60,278 nt of DNA from an uncultured Desulfobacteraceae bacterium (GCA_964526655.1 CAZGIZ010000004.1:1-60278); one strand, 5' to 3'. Positions 45,264 to 55,708 are shown, counted from the first letter of the stretch. The notes: a model not told the origin generated them from the letters alone. Program-made: numbers and translations.

Positions 45264-46049
45264 ATGTTAAGAAGCCTTTGGACTTCAGCTTCAGGGATGG
45301 CGGCCCAGAAACTCAACATGGACGTTATTGCAAACAACCTTGCAAACGTAAACACAAACGGCTTTAAAAAGAGCCGGGCCGATTTCGAGGACCTACTCTA
45401 TCAGAATCTTAAGGCGCCGGGCGCTGACACGAGCTCCGGCGGGCAGATTCCCACGGGGATCCAGGTAGGTATGGGCACAAGACCCGTGTCCGTGCAGAAA
45501 ATGTTCTCCCAGGGCGATTATATGCAAACGGACAACGAACTGGATTTCGCCATCGAAGGAAAGGGATTTTTCAAAATCGTGAGCAACGGGGAAGAGATGT
45601 ATATGAGGTCAGGATCATTTAAGATGGACAGTGAAGGATACCTCGTCACCTCCCAGGGCGACCGGCTCCAGCCGGAATTCTCAATACCCGCAAACACAGT
45701 CACTTTCACGGTGGATCCGGGCGGCAATATGGTCGGCATGGCAGCGGACGGGCAGACCGTCACGGCGACCGCCCAGTTGACCCTTCATAGCTTCGCCAAT
45801 CCCTCAGGCCTACTGAGCGTTGGAGGCAACAGGTTCCGGACCACAGCATCTTCGGGAGACCCTGTAGAGGCCAATCCCGGGGTTGACGGCATGGGTACTA
45901 TTGCCCAGGGCTTTCTCGAGATGTCCAACGTGGACGTGGTGGAAGAGATGGTCAACATGATATCCAGCCAGCGGGCCTATGAGATCGCCTCAAAAGCCAT
46001 AAGGGCCGCCGACGAGATGATGCAAATGGCCAATAATATAAAGAGATAG
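45264..46049 (+). CDS. flgG: flagellar distal rod protein FlgG
   Basis: MLRSLWTSASGMAAQ, FEDLLYQ and LEMSNVDVVEEMVNMI. Confidence 0.97.
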   Translation: MLRSLWTSASGMAAQKLNMDVIANNLANVNTNGFKKSRADFEDLLYQNLKAPGADTSSGGQIPTGIQVGMGTRPVSVQKMFSQGDYMQTDNELDFAIEGKGFFKIVSNGEEMYMRSGSFKMDSEGYLVTSQGDRLQPEFSIPANTVTFTVDPGGNMVGMAADGQTVTATAQLTLHSFANPSGLLSVGGNRFRTTASSGDPVEANPGVDGMGTIAQGFLEMSNVDVVEEMVNMISSQRAYEIASKAIRAADEMMQMANNIKR

Positions 46050-46059
46050 GGGATTAGAA

Positions 46060-47043
46060 ATGGACCTTTCCAGTAGAGGATACAAAATTTTGTCCTTCCT
46101 TGGGGCGATCATGATATCTTGGCTGGTAGCGCTCTCACCTGCATCAGGCCTTGAGATCAGGGTAAAGGAGCAGGCTATGGTGCGGGGTGATACGGTCTGT
46201 CTCGGGGATATAGCATCATTTAGCCCTTCGGACGACAGGCGTATCGCGACGCTGGGCCAAATAGAGATATCATCCGCGCCCTCCCCGGGTAATACCATAA
46301 GGATCAACGAGCGCCTGTTTCTCTATAAGATAAGCTCATCCATCAGCGATATGGATGATATTGAGATAAATGGGCCAAAAAACCTTCTTGTGAGCAGGAG
46401 CGCCCAGTTTATCACCGCCGCCAGGCTGGAGGAGATCTTCAGGGAATATGTGATGGACCGCTCTCCATGGCCCTCGGAAAAGCTTGTGTTTGAGCGAATC
46501 AGCACTCCCGGGGAGATCGCCCTCCCGGAAGGCGAACTTCACTGGGATATCCAGGAAAAACGCAATCATAATTTTATCGGAAACATATCCCTGTTACTTG
46601 ACTTCTGGGTGGACGGCAGGCAGACCAGGAAGGTCCCCGTGTCCGGCAGGATCAGGGTGAGCCAGGAGGTGGTCAAGGCGGCCAGGAAAATAGTCCCCGG
46701 AGAGTTGATCTCAAAAGAAGATCTGATGCTCGTGACGGAAGACAGGTTGAAACCTGATACCAACGTCCTTACATCTTTTGAGGAGGCGATAGGAAAAACA
46801 TCAGTCAGACCCATTCAGGCCGGCAACGTCATACTCTCGCGGATGATTGAAATACCGCCCCTGGTAACAAAGGGCGACAGGGTCCTCATCAAGGCGGAGA
46901 GTGATGAGATCAGGATAACAACGATGGGTGAGGTGCTGGAAGACGGTCGCTCGGGCGATCAGGTGAGGGTCATCAATATAAACAGCGGCAAAGAGATAAG
47001 CGCCAAGGTGACCGGGCCGGGTCTTGTGGAAGTCTATTTTTAG
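46060..47043 (+). CDS. flgA: P-ring assembly chaperone FlgA
   Basis: Signal peptide, SAF domain, and EDGRSGDQVRVININSGKEI. Confidence 0.9.
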   Translation: MDLSSRGYKILSFLGAIMISWLVALSPASGLEIRVKEQAMVRGDTVCLGDIASFSPSDDRRIATLGQIEISSAPSPGNTIRINERLFLYKISSSISDMDDIEINGPKNLLVSRSAQFITAARLEEIFREYVMDRSPWPSEKLVFERISTPGEIALPEGELHWDIQEKRNHNFIGNISLLLDFWVDGRQTRKVPVSGRIRVSQEVVKAARKIVPGELISKEDLMLVTEDRLKPDTNVLTSFEEAIGKTSVRPIQAGNVILSRMIEIPPLVTKGDRVLIKAESDEIRITTMGEVLEDGRSGDQVRVININSGKEISAKVTGPGLVEVYF

Positions 47044-47091
47044 CAACCCTCCACATCCCAAAAATATTTAAGGAAACAGGAGCAAGATAAA

Positions 47092-47835
47092 ATGACAAGA
47101 AAGATCGCGTGGCTTTCCCTTTTTATAGGCCTTTCGATTACCACTGCATGCGCGGGCGCCTCCTCGAAGGTAAAGCCCGATTTCGTCGCGAATCACCTCC
47201 CCGGGCAGTATTATGCGGAAGATGACGTCCCCGATGTCAGGGACCCATCTTCGGAGGCCAGCCTCTGGAAGGAAATCTCCTCAAGGGACCTTTTTCAGGA
47301 CCTGCGTGCCTATAAGGTGGGTGATCTGGTGACGGTAAATATTGTTGAAACATCCAAGGCAAGCAAAAAGGCCGGCACCCAATCTTCTCGAGAATCCTCC
47401 ATGGAAGCTGGGATCGATAATCTCCTGGGCTGGGAAGGAAAATTAAAGAACCTGACCTCCTTCGGGAAATCGGATGTCCGCAACAGCTATAGCAACGCAT
47501 CAATGTTAAAGGGTTCACTTACAAACAGCTTCACCGGGTCCGGTACAACCACCAGGGATGAGAGCATGACCGCGTCCATAACGGCAAGGGTCATGGAAGT
47601 AAAACCCAACGGCAACCTCTTTATCAAGGGGACCCGCGAGATTAAGGTCAATAATGAGACCCAGTTCATCATACTATCCGGTCTTATAAGGCCGGTGGAC
47701 ATATCGCCGGATAATACCGTCCTTTCAAGCTACATCGGCGACGCCAGGATAGAATACATGGGCACCGGGTCCGTGAGCGATAAGCAGAGGCCAGGATGGC
47801 TGGCAAGGGCGGTTGACTTCGTCTGGCCCTTTTAA
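47092..47835 (+). CDS. flgH: flagellar L-ring protein FlgH
   Basis: Lipobox TTAC, DLRAYKVGDLVTV, PNGNL and GLIRPVDI. Confidence 0.95.
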   Translation: MTRKIAWLSLFIGLSITTACAGASSKVKPDFVANHLPGQYYAEDDVPDVRDPSSEASLWKEISSRDLFQDLRAYKVGDLVTVNIVETSKASKKAGTQSSRESSMEAGIDNLLGWEGKLKNLTSFGKSDVRNSYSNASMLKGSLTNSFTGSGTTTRDESMTASITARVMEVKPNGNLFIKGTREIKVNNETQFIILSGLIRPVDISPDNTVLSSYIGDARIEYMGTGSVSDKQRPGWLARAVDFVWPF

Positions 47836-48971
47836 TGGAGGAGATTATGAAGTCCTTTCTGAAACTATCAGGCCTTTTTCTCCTGACTATTTTGATCGCC
47901 CTGCCCCTGCTGGACCGGTCTGAGGCAAGAGGGGCCAGGATTAAAGATATCGCATCTCTCAAGGGGGTGAGAACCAATCAGCTCGTGGGTTATGGGCTTG
48001 TCGTGGGCCTTAACGGCACTGGTGATGGTTCCGGGACAAAATTTACCACCCAATCCCTTGTCAACATGATGGAAAGGCTCGGTATTCATTCCCTGTCGGA
48101 CCAGGTCAAGGTAGCCAACGTGGCCGCAGTAATAGTGACGGCTGATCTTCCCCCCTTCGCAAGCAGGGGAAGTGAAATCGATGTCCTCGTTTCATCCATC
48201 GGCGATGCAAAAAGCCTTCAGGGGGGCACCCTCCTCATGACCCCCCTGAAAGGGGCAGACAATAATGTGTATGCGATGGCCCAGGGTCCATTGCTCGTGG
48301 GAGGATTCGCCTCAGCCGGCGCGGCCGGAGGGGGTGTACAGAAGAACCACCCCACGGTGGCCCGTATACCTGGAGGGGCCACTATTGAGAGGGAGATAAA
48401 CTTCCATTTCAACAACCTGAGTGACCTGACCATCGCCTTGAACCAGCCCGACTTTACGACGGCCCTCAGGATGTCCAATGCGATAAATCAGGAATTAGGG
48501 AGTCCTATCGCATCACCTGTCGATGCCGGGACAGTCAAGGTCGATGTGCCGGAATCCTACAGGAATGATCTGGTGAACCTGGTTGCATCTCTGGAACAGA
48601 TTAATATCCAGCCCGACCTGGAGGCCAAAATAATACTCTCCGAACGTACGGGCACAGTGATTATGGGCGAGAACGTAATGATCTCTCCGATAGCCATTGC
48701 CCACGGCAACCTCAGCGTGCAGATAAAGGAAAGGAGCAACGTCAGCCAGCCGACGCCCTTCTCCCAGGGACAGACCACCGTTACTCCCGAATCAAAGGTC
48801 AGTGTTAAAGAAGAGGATAATAAACTCCTCCTCATTGAACCGGAGGGGGCCAGCCTGGGCAGCATAGTAAAGGCCCTGAACGCCATAGGCGTCTCGCCGA
48901 GGGATCTTATTACCGTTTTTCAGGCAATAAAGGCCAGCGGCGCCCTCCAGGCGGAGCTGGAGATAATATAG
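47835..48971 (+). CDS. flgI: flagellar P-ring protein FlgI
   Basis: RIKDIA, NQLVGYGLVVGLNGTGD and SLQGGTLLMTPL. Confidence 0.97.
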   Translation: MEEIMKSFLKLSGLFLLTILIALPLLDRSEARGARIKDIASLKGVRTNQLVGYGLVVGLNGTGDGSGTKFTTQSLVNMMERLGIHSLSDQVKVANVAAVIVTADLPPFASRGSEIDVLVSSIGDAKSLQGGTLLMTPLKGADNNVYAMAQGPLLVGGFASAGAAGGGVQKNHPTVARIPGGATIEREINFHFNNLSDLTIALNQPDFTTALRMSNAINQELGSPIASPVDAGTVKVDVPESYRNDLVNLVASLEQINIQPDLEAKIILSERTGTVIMGENVMISPIAIAHGNLSVQIKERSNVSQPTPFSQGQTTVTPESKVSVKEEDNKLLLIEPEGASLGSIVKALNAIGVSPRDLITVFQAIKASGALQAELEII

Positions 48972-49009
48972 TAGGGATGAGCGGAGATATAATCTTAAGG
49001 GTATAAGAC

Positions 49010-49735
49010 ATGCGGGATATTAAGGTAAATCTTTCCGATTACTTGCCTGCTGACACACAGCAGGTAAAAAAAGACAAGGATCTTAGAAAGGCCTGCAAGG
49101 AATTCGAATCCCTTTTTACCTACGAACTCCTGAAAAGCATGAGGAGAACCGTGGAAAAATGTGACCTCTTTCATGGGGGACAGGGTGAGGAGATATATGA
49201 ATCGATGCTCGATCAGGAGCTGTCCAAGAAGATGGGCGGATACGGTGTCAACAGCCTTTCCGAGATGCTTTATGAACAACTGAGCTCCCGGAATCCATCC
49301 GCAGCAGGGCGGGAAAATGATCAAAACCATGATATTCTTTTGGACGGCGGCCTTCCAAGATGGCCCTTAAAGGCCTCTGTTTCCTCTAAATTTGGGTGGC
49401 GGAAGGACCCCTTTACGGGGGAGAAGCGATTTCACGGGGGAATAGATCTCGCAGCCGAAGAAGGGACCCAGGTGAGGGCCTCCATGTCTGGGAAGGTCCT
49501 TATCAGCGACAACAGGGAAGGTTATGGCAATATGGTCGCACTAGATCACGGACACGGGTTTGTTACGATTTACGCCCACAACCAGGATAATCTGGTGAAA
49601 ACGGGTGACTGGGTCCAAAAGGGGTCTCCTATTGCGACGGTCGGCTCAAGCGGTCGAAGCACCGGACCCCATTTGCATTTTGAGGTTAGAAGGAATGGGG
49701 AACGTCTTGATCCTATGGAGTTTTTGGGTTCGTAA
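49010..49735 (+). CDS. flgJ: FlgJ rod-binding domain fused to an M23 metallopeptidase
   Basis: LRKACKEFESLF...LKSMR and YESMLDQE, then HGGID, YGN, YAH and STGPHLHFEV. Confidence 0.88.
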   Translation: MRDIKVNLSDYLPADTQQVKKDKDLRKACKEFESLFTYELLKSMRRTVEKCDLFHGGQGEEIYESMLDQELSKKMGGYGVNSLSEMLYEQLSSRNPSAAGRENDQNHDILLDGGLPRWPLKASVSSKFGWRKDPFTGEKRFHGGIDLAAEEGTQVRASMSGKVLISDNREGYGNMVALDHGHGFVTIYAHNQDNLVKTGDWVQKGSPIATVGSSGRSTGPHLHFEVRRNGERLDPMEFLGS

Positions 49736-49805
49736 TCGGGCTTTCTCGATTTATTATGGGAAAAAACAGCGCGTGATAAAATTGCGGAGCGATTGTATAA
49801 CTTGT

Positions 49806-49832
49806 TCAGATTTTTGACATTCCTGTCGATAT
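49806..49832 (+). promoter_or_regulatory. sigma28 promoter candidate for flgN-flgK-flgL
   Basis: TCAG-N15-GTCGATAT versus consensus TAAA-N15-GCCGATAA. Confidence 0.55.
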
Positions 49833-49850
49833 AAAAAATAAGGAGTAAAA

Positions 49851-50303
49851 ATGGAACCGGATATGAATGAGATTGAAAAGACATACAGAAAAAGGATCTC
49901 CCTTTTCAAAGACCTTTTAGATTGCATTGACAACGAGAGGGACTACCTGATCAATCAGGATATAAACGGCCTGTGGGCTTCCCTGGATGAGAAGGCCAAA
50001 ATCGTGGAATCCATAAGGGAGACAGGAGATTATATCAAAAAGATCGCCGGGAATGAACCCACCTATCAGGATATCCCCCTGAAAGACAGAAGCTCTTTTA
50101 GGGAACTCTACCGGACCCTCAGCAACCTCAGGGAGGAGATCAAGGTCCGTGTGGTGGAAAATGTCTCTTTCATAAGTGAGACCCTTGATTTTTTCCATGA
50201 CATTGTCACGACACTGACACAGACCGGAGCAGGGGAAGATTCCTATGGCCCGATAAGGAACAACCTTAGGGAATTTAGTCATATTTATCATAGCGAGGTC
50301 TGA
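49851..50303 (+). CDS. flgN: flagellar export chaperone FlgN
   Basis: ERDYLINQDI...EKAKIV; immediately before flgK. Confidence 0.8.
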   Translation: MEPDMNEIEKTYRKRISLFKDLLDCIDNERDYLINQDINGLWASLDEKAKIVESIRETGDYIKKIAGNEPTYQDIPLKDRSSFRELYRTLSNLREEIKVRVVENVSFISETLDFFHDIVTTLTQTGAGEDSYGPIRNNLREFSHIYHSEV

Positions 50304-50305
50304 TC

Positions 50306-52342
50306 ATGGGTGGACTCGGACTCGTACTCAACGTTGCTAAAGACGCCCTTCTGGCTCAACAGTATGCCATAGATGTTATAAGCCATAACATCACAAACGT
50401 GAATACCGAAGGTTATTCGAGACAGGACCCCATACTCGTTGCCAAGAGGGCCGCGCCCTACGCAGGTTTCATGTTCGGCAGGGGGGTGGAACTCCATGAG
50501 ATCGAAAGGATCACAAACGATTTTATCGAAAAAAGGCTCCAGGAGGGGACATCGGATCTTACCTCCATGTCCGAGAAGGAAACATACATGGATGTGATGG
50601 AGGCAATCTTTAATGAGAGCTCCGGACGGAGCCTCAGCAACCAGTTTGCCGACTTCTGGAGCGCATGGAATGACCTGGCCAACAACCCATCAGGTGTCCC
50701 GGAGAGGAATCTTCTGACTGAGAATGGGACTCTTCTTGCCCAGAGCTTCGGTGATCTTGATATCGATCTGACGAAACTGGATCAGGAGATCGATGTCTCC
50801 CTGGAAGCTGGCGTGGACGAGGTCAACCAGTTGATTGCCCAGATAGCCGACATCAACGAACAGATACTCCTCATTGAAGTCACGGGTGACGCCAATGACC
50901 TGAGAGATCAGAGAAACATGCTGGTCAACCGTTTATCTGAGTATATGGACCTGAACACCTATGAATACGACGACGGTAACCTCGTCGTCACCACGGGAAG
51001 GGGCCAGATACTGGTGAACAGGGGAGATATATATCCCCTCAATTTTGACGGGAGCGACATTAACTGGGAAAGTTCCGTCTCTTCAGAGATCACAATAACC
51101 GATATGATCACGGGCGGAAAGATGGGCGGATGGCTGGAAATGAGGGACGAGACAATCCCTAAGTACAAAGCGGACCTGGATGAACTGGCAAAGGCAACGA
51201 TCTGGGAGATGAATAAAATACACAGCCAGGGGGTGGGTCTTACCGCCTTCACGTCTGTTACAGGGACATATTCCGCCACAGACAGCACTAAAGAGATGGG
51301 GACCGTGGACTCGGGCCTGGATTTTTATGATGAAATAACCGACGGCAGTTTCAAATTATGGCTGTATGATGAAACCGGAGCGGTTGCGAGCACCACCTCC
51401 ATCCCGATCCTCGCTTCAACCACCACGCTGGACAGCCTTGCCACGACCATAACGGCCATTGACGCCGACCTTACCGCCACAATATCGGAAGGGAAGTTAC
51501 GGATAACCGCATCAAATGACTATACCTTCGGTTTCTCTGATGACACGAGCAATATCCTGGCTGCGATCGGCGTAAATACCTTTTTTAACGGCGCAAGCGC
51601 CAGGGACATGGAAGTCAATGACGCGATCATATCAGACTACAACAATATTACGGCAGCGAGGATAAATAATAATGTAGGGCCTGCGGTCGGAGCGACAGGG
51701 AATACATCGACAGGCGTTATTACATCAGAAGGTCCCTATACAGACTCCGCGGATGCCACCTTTAATGTGGAAATCACGACGACAGGGTCCGAGTCAACCG
51801 CCATCATTCGCTGGAATAAGGACGGGGGAACCTGGAATGTCGTCGATCTATCCTTAGGTTCCACAGTGACCATGAGCGACGGTGTATCCATCACCTTTAC
51901 GGCTGGTAACTATGCTATCGGCGATACATTCACCATCGGAGCGACGGGGTCTTCGGACACCTACGGCGACTTCGCCCAGGGCGACAACACGAACTCCCTC
52001 GCTATAGCGGATCTTCAATACCAGGACGTAACCATAAAGCGCTGGTCATACACGAGGGGGACCAGTCCAACCTCTAAGGACGTGAGCAACACCACCATTG
52101 ATGATTACCTGCACATGCTCGTGGGCTCAATCGGCATTGAAAGCCAGAGTATAAAGCGTGAAAGAGAATATAAGGAGGTTATCCAGAATCAGATCAGCGC
52201 AACCAGGGATAACATATCCTCTGTCTCCCTGGATGAAGAGATGGCGAATCTGATTAAATACCAGCATGCCTATACGGCAGCTGCGAAATTGATAACGACC
52301 TCCGAGGAAATGCTTGAAACCCTTCTGAACACGGTCAAATAG
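50306..52342 (+). CDS. flgK: hook-associated protein FlgK with inserted domain
   Basis: SHNITNVNTEGYSRQ, NDLRDQR and SVSLDEEMANLIKYQHAYTAAAK. Confidence 0.95.
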   Translation: MGGLGLVLNVAKDALLAQQYAIDVISHNITNVNTEGYSRQDPILVAKRAAPYAGFMFGRGVELHEIERITNDFIEKRLQEGTSDLTSMSEKETYMDVMEAIFNESSGRSLSNQFADFWSAWNDLANNPSGVPERNLLTENGTLLAQSFGDLDIDLTKLDQEIDVSLEAGVDEVNQLIAQIADINEQILLIEVTGDANDLRDQRNMLVNRLSEYMDLNTYEYDDGNLVVTTGRGQILVNRGDIYPLNFDGSDINWESSVSSEITITDMITGGKMGGWLEMRDETIPKYKADLDELAKATIWEMNKIHSQGVGLTAFTSVTGTYSATDSTKEMGTVDSGLDFYDEITDGSFKLWLYDETGAVASTTSIPILASTTTLDSLATTITAIDADLTATISEGKLRITASNDYTFGFSDDTSNILAAIGVNTFFNGASARDMEVNDAIISDYNNITAARINNNVGPAVGATGNTSTGVITSEGPYTDSADATFNVEITTTGSESTAIIRWNKDGGTWNVVDLSLGSTVTMSDGVSITFTAGNYAIGDTFTIGATGSSDTYGDFAQGDNTNSLAIADLQYQDVTIKRWSYTRGTSPTSKDVSNTTIDDYLHMLVGSIGIESQSIKREREYKEVIQNQISATRDNISSVSLDEEMANLIKYQHAYTAAAKLITTSEEMLETLLNTVK

Positions 52343-52350
52343 GGGGAAAG

Positions 52351-53247
52351 ATGAGAATAGCCAACAAGACAATATACGACAACATAGTGAGGAATCTGGG
52401 CAGGACCTCCACTGACATGATGAATGCCCAGGAGGTCGTCACCACCACCAAAAGGATAAACCGGCTCTCCGATGACCCGGTTGGACTGGTTTCCGTGCTG
52501 AATCTCAGATCCTCCCTCTCGGATATTGATCAGATGGGGAGGAACATTACCTTGGGGAAGGCCTGGCTCACCGCCTCCGAATCAGCCCTGGGACAGGTTG
52601 ATGATGTACTAACCAAGGCAAAAGAACTCTCCGTCCAGATGTCCAGCGCGACAGTCAGCCAGTCAGAGAGGGCCAACTCCGTGACCCTCGTGGACGGGTA
52701 TCTGAAGGAGATCGTATCCCTTGCCAATTCCCAATCAGAAGGGAGATATATCTTTGGAGGCACCAACACGGGAACGGCCCCCTTTGAATTGAACGGCGAC
52801 GAGACCCAGGTTGACTACTCAGGGAATGAAACGCCCTTTTCTATCAAGATCGGCAGGGATTCCAATGTCGCGGTGGGGAAGAACGGGCAGGATGTATTTG
52901 GGGAGACAGGCGCCAGCGATGATATCTTCAAGGTCCTGATTGATCTGAAGTCAGCCCTCCAAAATAATGACGTGGGAGGGATACAGAACAGCATGGACAA
53001 ACTCGACTCCCGTATGAGCCACGTCAACGCACAGATTTCGGAGATAGCGGGCAAGCAGACCCGCCTGCAAATAAAGGAGAACGTCCTCGCGGATCTTGAG
53101 TTGTCATATACTGACAGGAAATCCCAGATCGAAGACGCCGATATCGCTGAGGCCATCATACAACTGAAGTCCAGGGAACTGGCCTATAACGCGGCCCTGA
53201 ACTCCGCGGCAAATGTCATGTCAAAGAGCCTGGTGGATTATCTGTAG
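52351..53247 (+). CDS. flgL: hook-associated protein FlgL
   Basis: RINRLSDDP, EGRYIFGGT and EDADIAEAI. Confidence 0.95.
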   Translation: MRIANKTIYDNIVRNLGRTSTDMMNAQEVVTTTKRINRLSDDPVGLVSVLNLRSSLSDIDQMGRNITLGKAWLTASESALGQVDDVLTKAKELSVQMSSATVSQSERANSVTLVDGYLKEIVSLANSQSEGRYIFGGTNTGTAPFELNGDETQVDYSGNETPFSIKIGRDSNVAVGKNGQDVFGETGASDDIFKVLIDLKSALQNNDVGGIQNSMDKLDSRMSHVNAQISEIAGKQTRLQIKENVLADLELSYTDRKSQIEDADIAEAIIQLKSRELAYNAALNSAANVMSKSLVDYL

Positions 53248-53347
53248 GAATCCGGTTTATTAACTGTTGAGGTCATATAAAATCCCGTAACGCAAGAATT
53301 GGATATTATCGATAAGAACCGCTAATCTGGAGCCATGGAGGGTACCA

Positions 53348-53584
53348 GTGCTAATATTGACCAGGAAGGTAGAAGAGAGTATCACGATCGGAAACCATGT
53401 CACTGTTTCCGTCCTTGAAGTAAAAGGCAATCAGGTAAAGCTGGGAATCGAGGCGCCAAGGGATATACCAGTCAACAGGACCGAGATATTTGAGAGCATC
53501 ATAAGGGAGAACATAAGGGCCTCAAAGGCCCCCCTGGACCTGGAAAGGTTCCCGGAAACATTAAAAGAAAACAACAGAAAGTAG
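53348..53584 (+). CDS. csrA: carbon storage regulator CsrA
   Basis: LILTRKVEESITIG...VKLGIEAPRDIPVNRTE, with a C-terminal extension typical of FliW-controlled CsrA. Confidence 0.95.
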   Translation: MLILTRKVEESITIGNHVTVSVLEVKGNQVKLGIEAPRDIPVNRTEIFESIIRENIRASKAPLDLERFPETLKENNRK

Positions 53585-53596
53585 GTTTGTGCGATC

Positions 53597-54028
53597 ATGA
53601 AAAACATTAAAACAACTCGATTCGGAGAGATAGAAATAGATGAAAGCCGCATGATCCATTTTCCTGACGGACTGCTTGGCTTTCCTGACCACAGGGATTA
53701 TGTCATTTTAGAACATAAGCCCGGTTCCCCCTTTCTCTGGCTCCAGTCCATGACCGCGCCGGACCTCGCCTTTGTGATTGCAAATCCATTCTTGATAATG
53801 TCAGACTATCTTGAAGACCTCTCACCCGAGGAAGAGGCCCTTTTCAAACAGGAAGGGGACAGGGAGATCATTGTCTTCGCCCTTGTCACCATACCCCCTG
53901 GAGAAGCGGACAAGGCCACAATCAATCTCCTCGGGCCCATAGTCATTGATTCCGTATCGAGAAAGGCCAGGCAGGTAATCCTTGCCAATTCAGTCTACAG
54001 CCACTGCCATCCCCTGAAGAACAATTGA
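53597..54028 (+). CDS. fliW: flagellar assembly factor FliW
   Basis: TTRFGEI, FPDGLLGF, WLQS and TINLLGPIVI. Confidence 0.95.
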   Translation: MKNIKTTRFGEIEIDESRMIHFPDGLLGFPDHRDYVILEHKPGSPFLWLQSMTAPDLAFVIANPFLIMSDYLEDLSPEEEALFKQEGDREIIVFALVTIPPGEADKATINLLGPIVIDSVSRKARQVILANSVYSHCHPLKNN

Positions 54029-54109
54029 CACCCGGGTCCCCTTCCATTCAATTTCCCAAAAAACCTCCTACTAAATTTGTAAAAAAAGATTGATTTTAAC
54101 AAAAAAAAT

Positions 54110-54152
54110 GTTAATATCTTGACATAGCATTGCTTATTGCCAAAAATTTGGC
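54110..54152. promoter_or_regulatory. two FleQ-type boxes overlapping a sigma70-like promoter of the activator gene
   Basis: GTTAATATCTTGAC (54110-54123) and GCCAAAAATTTGGC (54139-54152); TTGACA at 54119-54124. Confidence 0.55.
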
Positions 54153-54209
54153 GTTATAGCCTGTGTCAAGTAATTAATCCAACAAAAATATCATTCCCGG
54201 AGAAATAAT

Positions 54210-55604
54210 ATGCCAGAAGCGAAAGTGCTGGTAGTAGATGATGAGGCAAAGATCCGTGAATACTTCTCGGATGTCTTACGCCACGAGGGTTTTGAAGTGG
54301 ATACGGCCCAAAACGGTGAGGTCGCCATCAATATGATTGATCAGGATATTTATGACGCGGCCATAATCGACCTCAATATGCCCAAAGTGGACGGTATGAC
54401 CGTATTGAAATACCTGGTTGAGCAATCGCAGGACACAATAGGTATTATTTTAACAGGATACGCAACCATCAGAAATGCTGTCGAGGCAATGAAGGCAGGC
54501 GCCTTTGACTACCTTGCAAAGCCTGTAAAGATGGAAGAAGTCCTCATGGTCATCAACCGCGCACTTGAATTCAGGGATATTAAGAGGGAAAATCTGGCCC
54601 TGAAAAATCAGCTTAGGAAAAAATATAAATTTGAAAATTTTGTTGGCGACAGCCCCCAGATGGATAAGGTTTTCAGGATTATCGAAAAAGTCGCCGATAC
54701 GGACAGCACTGTCCTTATACTTGGTGAATCCGGTACTGGCAAGGAACTTGTTGCCAGGGCCATCCATTATAACAGTATGAGGCGTGATAAGCCCCTGATA
54801 CCTGTAAATTGCGGCGCGATTCCCGAGGAACTACTGGAAAGTGAGCTTTTCGGCCATGAAAAGGGCGCCTTTACAAACGCAATCAGGACGCGTATCGGCA
54901 GATTTGAGATGTCCAACGGAGGGACCATATTTCTTGATGAAATAGCAGAAATGAGTCCCCATTTGCAGGTAAAACTATTGCGTATCTTACAGGAACAGGA
55001 ATTTGAGAGACTTGGCGGCACAAAAACCATAAAATGCGATATCAGGGTCATAGCCGCCACAAACAAGAACCTCGACAAACTGGTTGAGAAGGGCTCTTTT
55101 CGTGAAGACCTCTATTACCGGCTCAAGGTGATACCTGTGGAGATTCCTCCCCTGAGGGAACGACGATCTGATATCCCCCTCCTGATTCACCATTTTCTGG
55201 AAATGATGTCAAAGTCCAGGGGGAAGAAGATAAAGGGGATATCAAAAGACGTGGTAAAGGCCTTTATGGATTACGATTGGCCTGGAAATGTCAGGGAATT
55301 GGAGAACATCATAGAGAGAATGGTAATCCTGAGCGATGGAGATGAGCTCACGGTCCAGGATATTCCCGACAGGATACTTCAGAGACACCCGGGTGAGGAT
55401 ATGGGACAAGCCATAATACCGGACGACGGGTTTTCTCTGAGCAATGCCATAAACGAGTATGAACGGCTCTTAATTATCCGCGCCCTTGAAAAGGCCGACT
55501 GGGTAAAAAATCGGGCGGCCAAGCTCTTAAACATGAACCGCACCACCCTGGTGGAAAAGATCAAGAAACAGGGTATAGAAAGACCTCGCAGCATAGCCGG
55601 TTGA
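54210..55604 (+). CDS. sigma54-dependent response regulator, FleQ/FlrA-like candidate master flagellar activator
   Basis: Intact receiver ([13 protein letters not shown]), [14 protein letters not shown] and HTH ending RTTLVEK as in FleQ/FlrA. Confidence 0.88.
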   Translation: MPEAKVLVVDDEAKIREYFSDVLRHEGFEVDTAQNGEVAINMIDQDIYDAAIIDLNMPKVDGMTVLKYLVEQSQDTIGIILTGYATIRNAVEAMKAGAFDYLAKPVKMEEVLMVINRALEFRDIKRENLALKNQLRKKYKFENFVGDSPQMDKVFRIIEKVADTDSTVLILGESGTGKELVARAIHYNSMRRDKPLIPVNCGAIPEELLESELFGHEKGAFTNAIRTRIGRFEMSNGGTIFLDEIAEMSPHLQVKLLRILQEQEFERLGGTKTIKCDIRVIAATNKNLDKLVEKGSFREDLYYRLKVIPVEIPPLRERRSDIPLLIHHFLEMMSKSRGKKIKGISKDVVKAFMDYDWPGNVRELENIIERMVILSDGDELTVQDIPDRILQRHPGEDMGQAIIPDDGFSLSNAINEYERLLIIRALEKADWVKNRAAKLLNMNRTTLVEKIKKQGIERPRSIAG

Positions 55605-55708
55605 TTGTCCTGGTATTTTTTGGACCGGGTTTTTTATCACTCATAGGCCGGCTTTCAAACCACGTACAGCAACAAGACCTTTCCTGTCTCACTTTTATTA
55701 AAAAAAAT

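Noticed and set aside
53288-53315. sigma28 promoter for csrA (TAAC-N16-ATCGATAA)
   Set aside because: Both boxes and the spacing deviate from consensus, so it is too weak to call.
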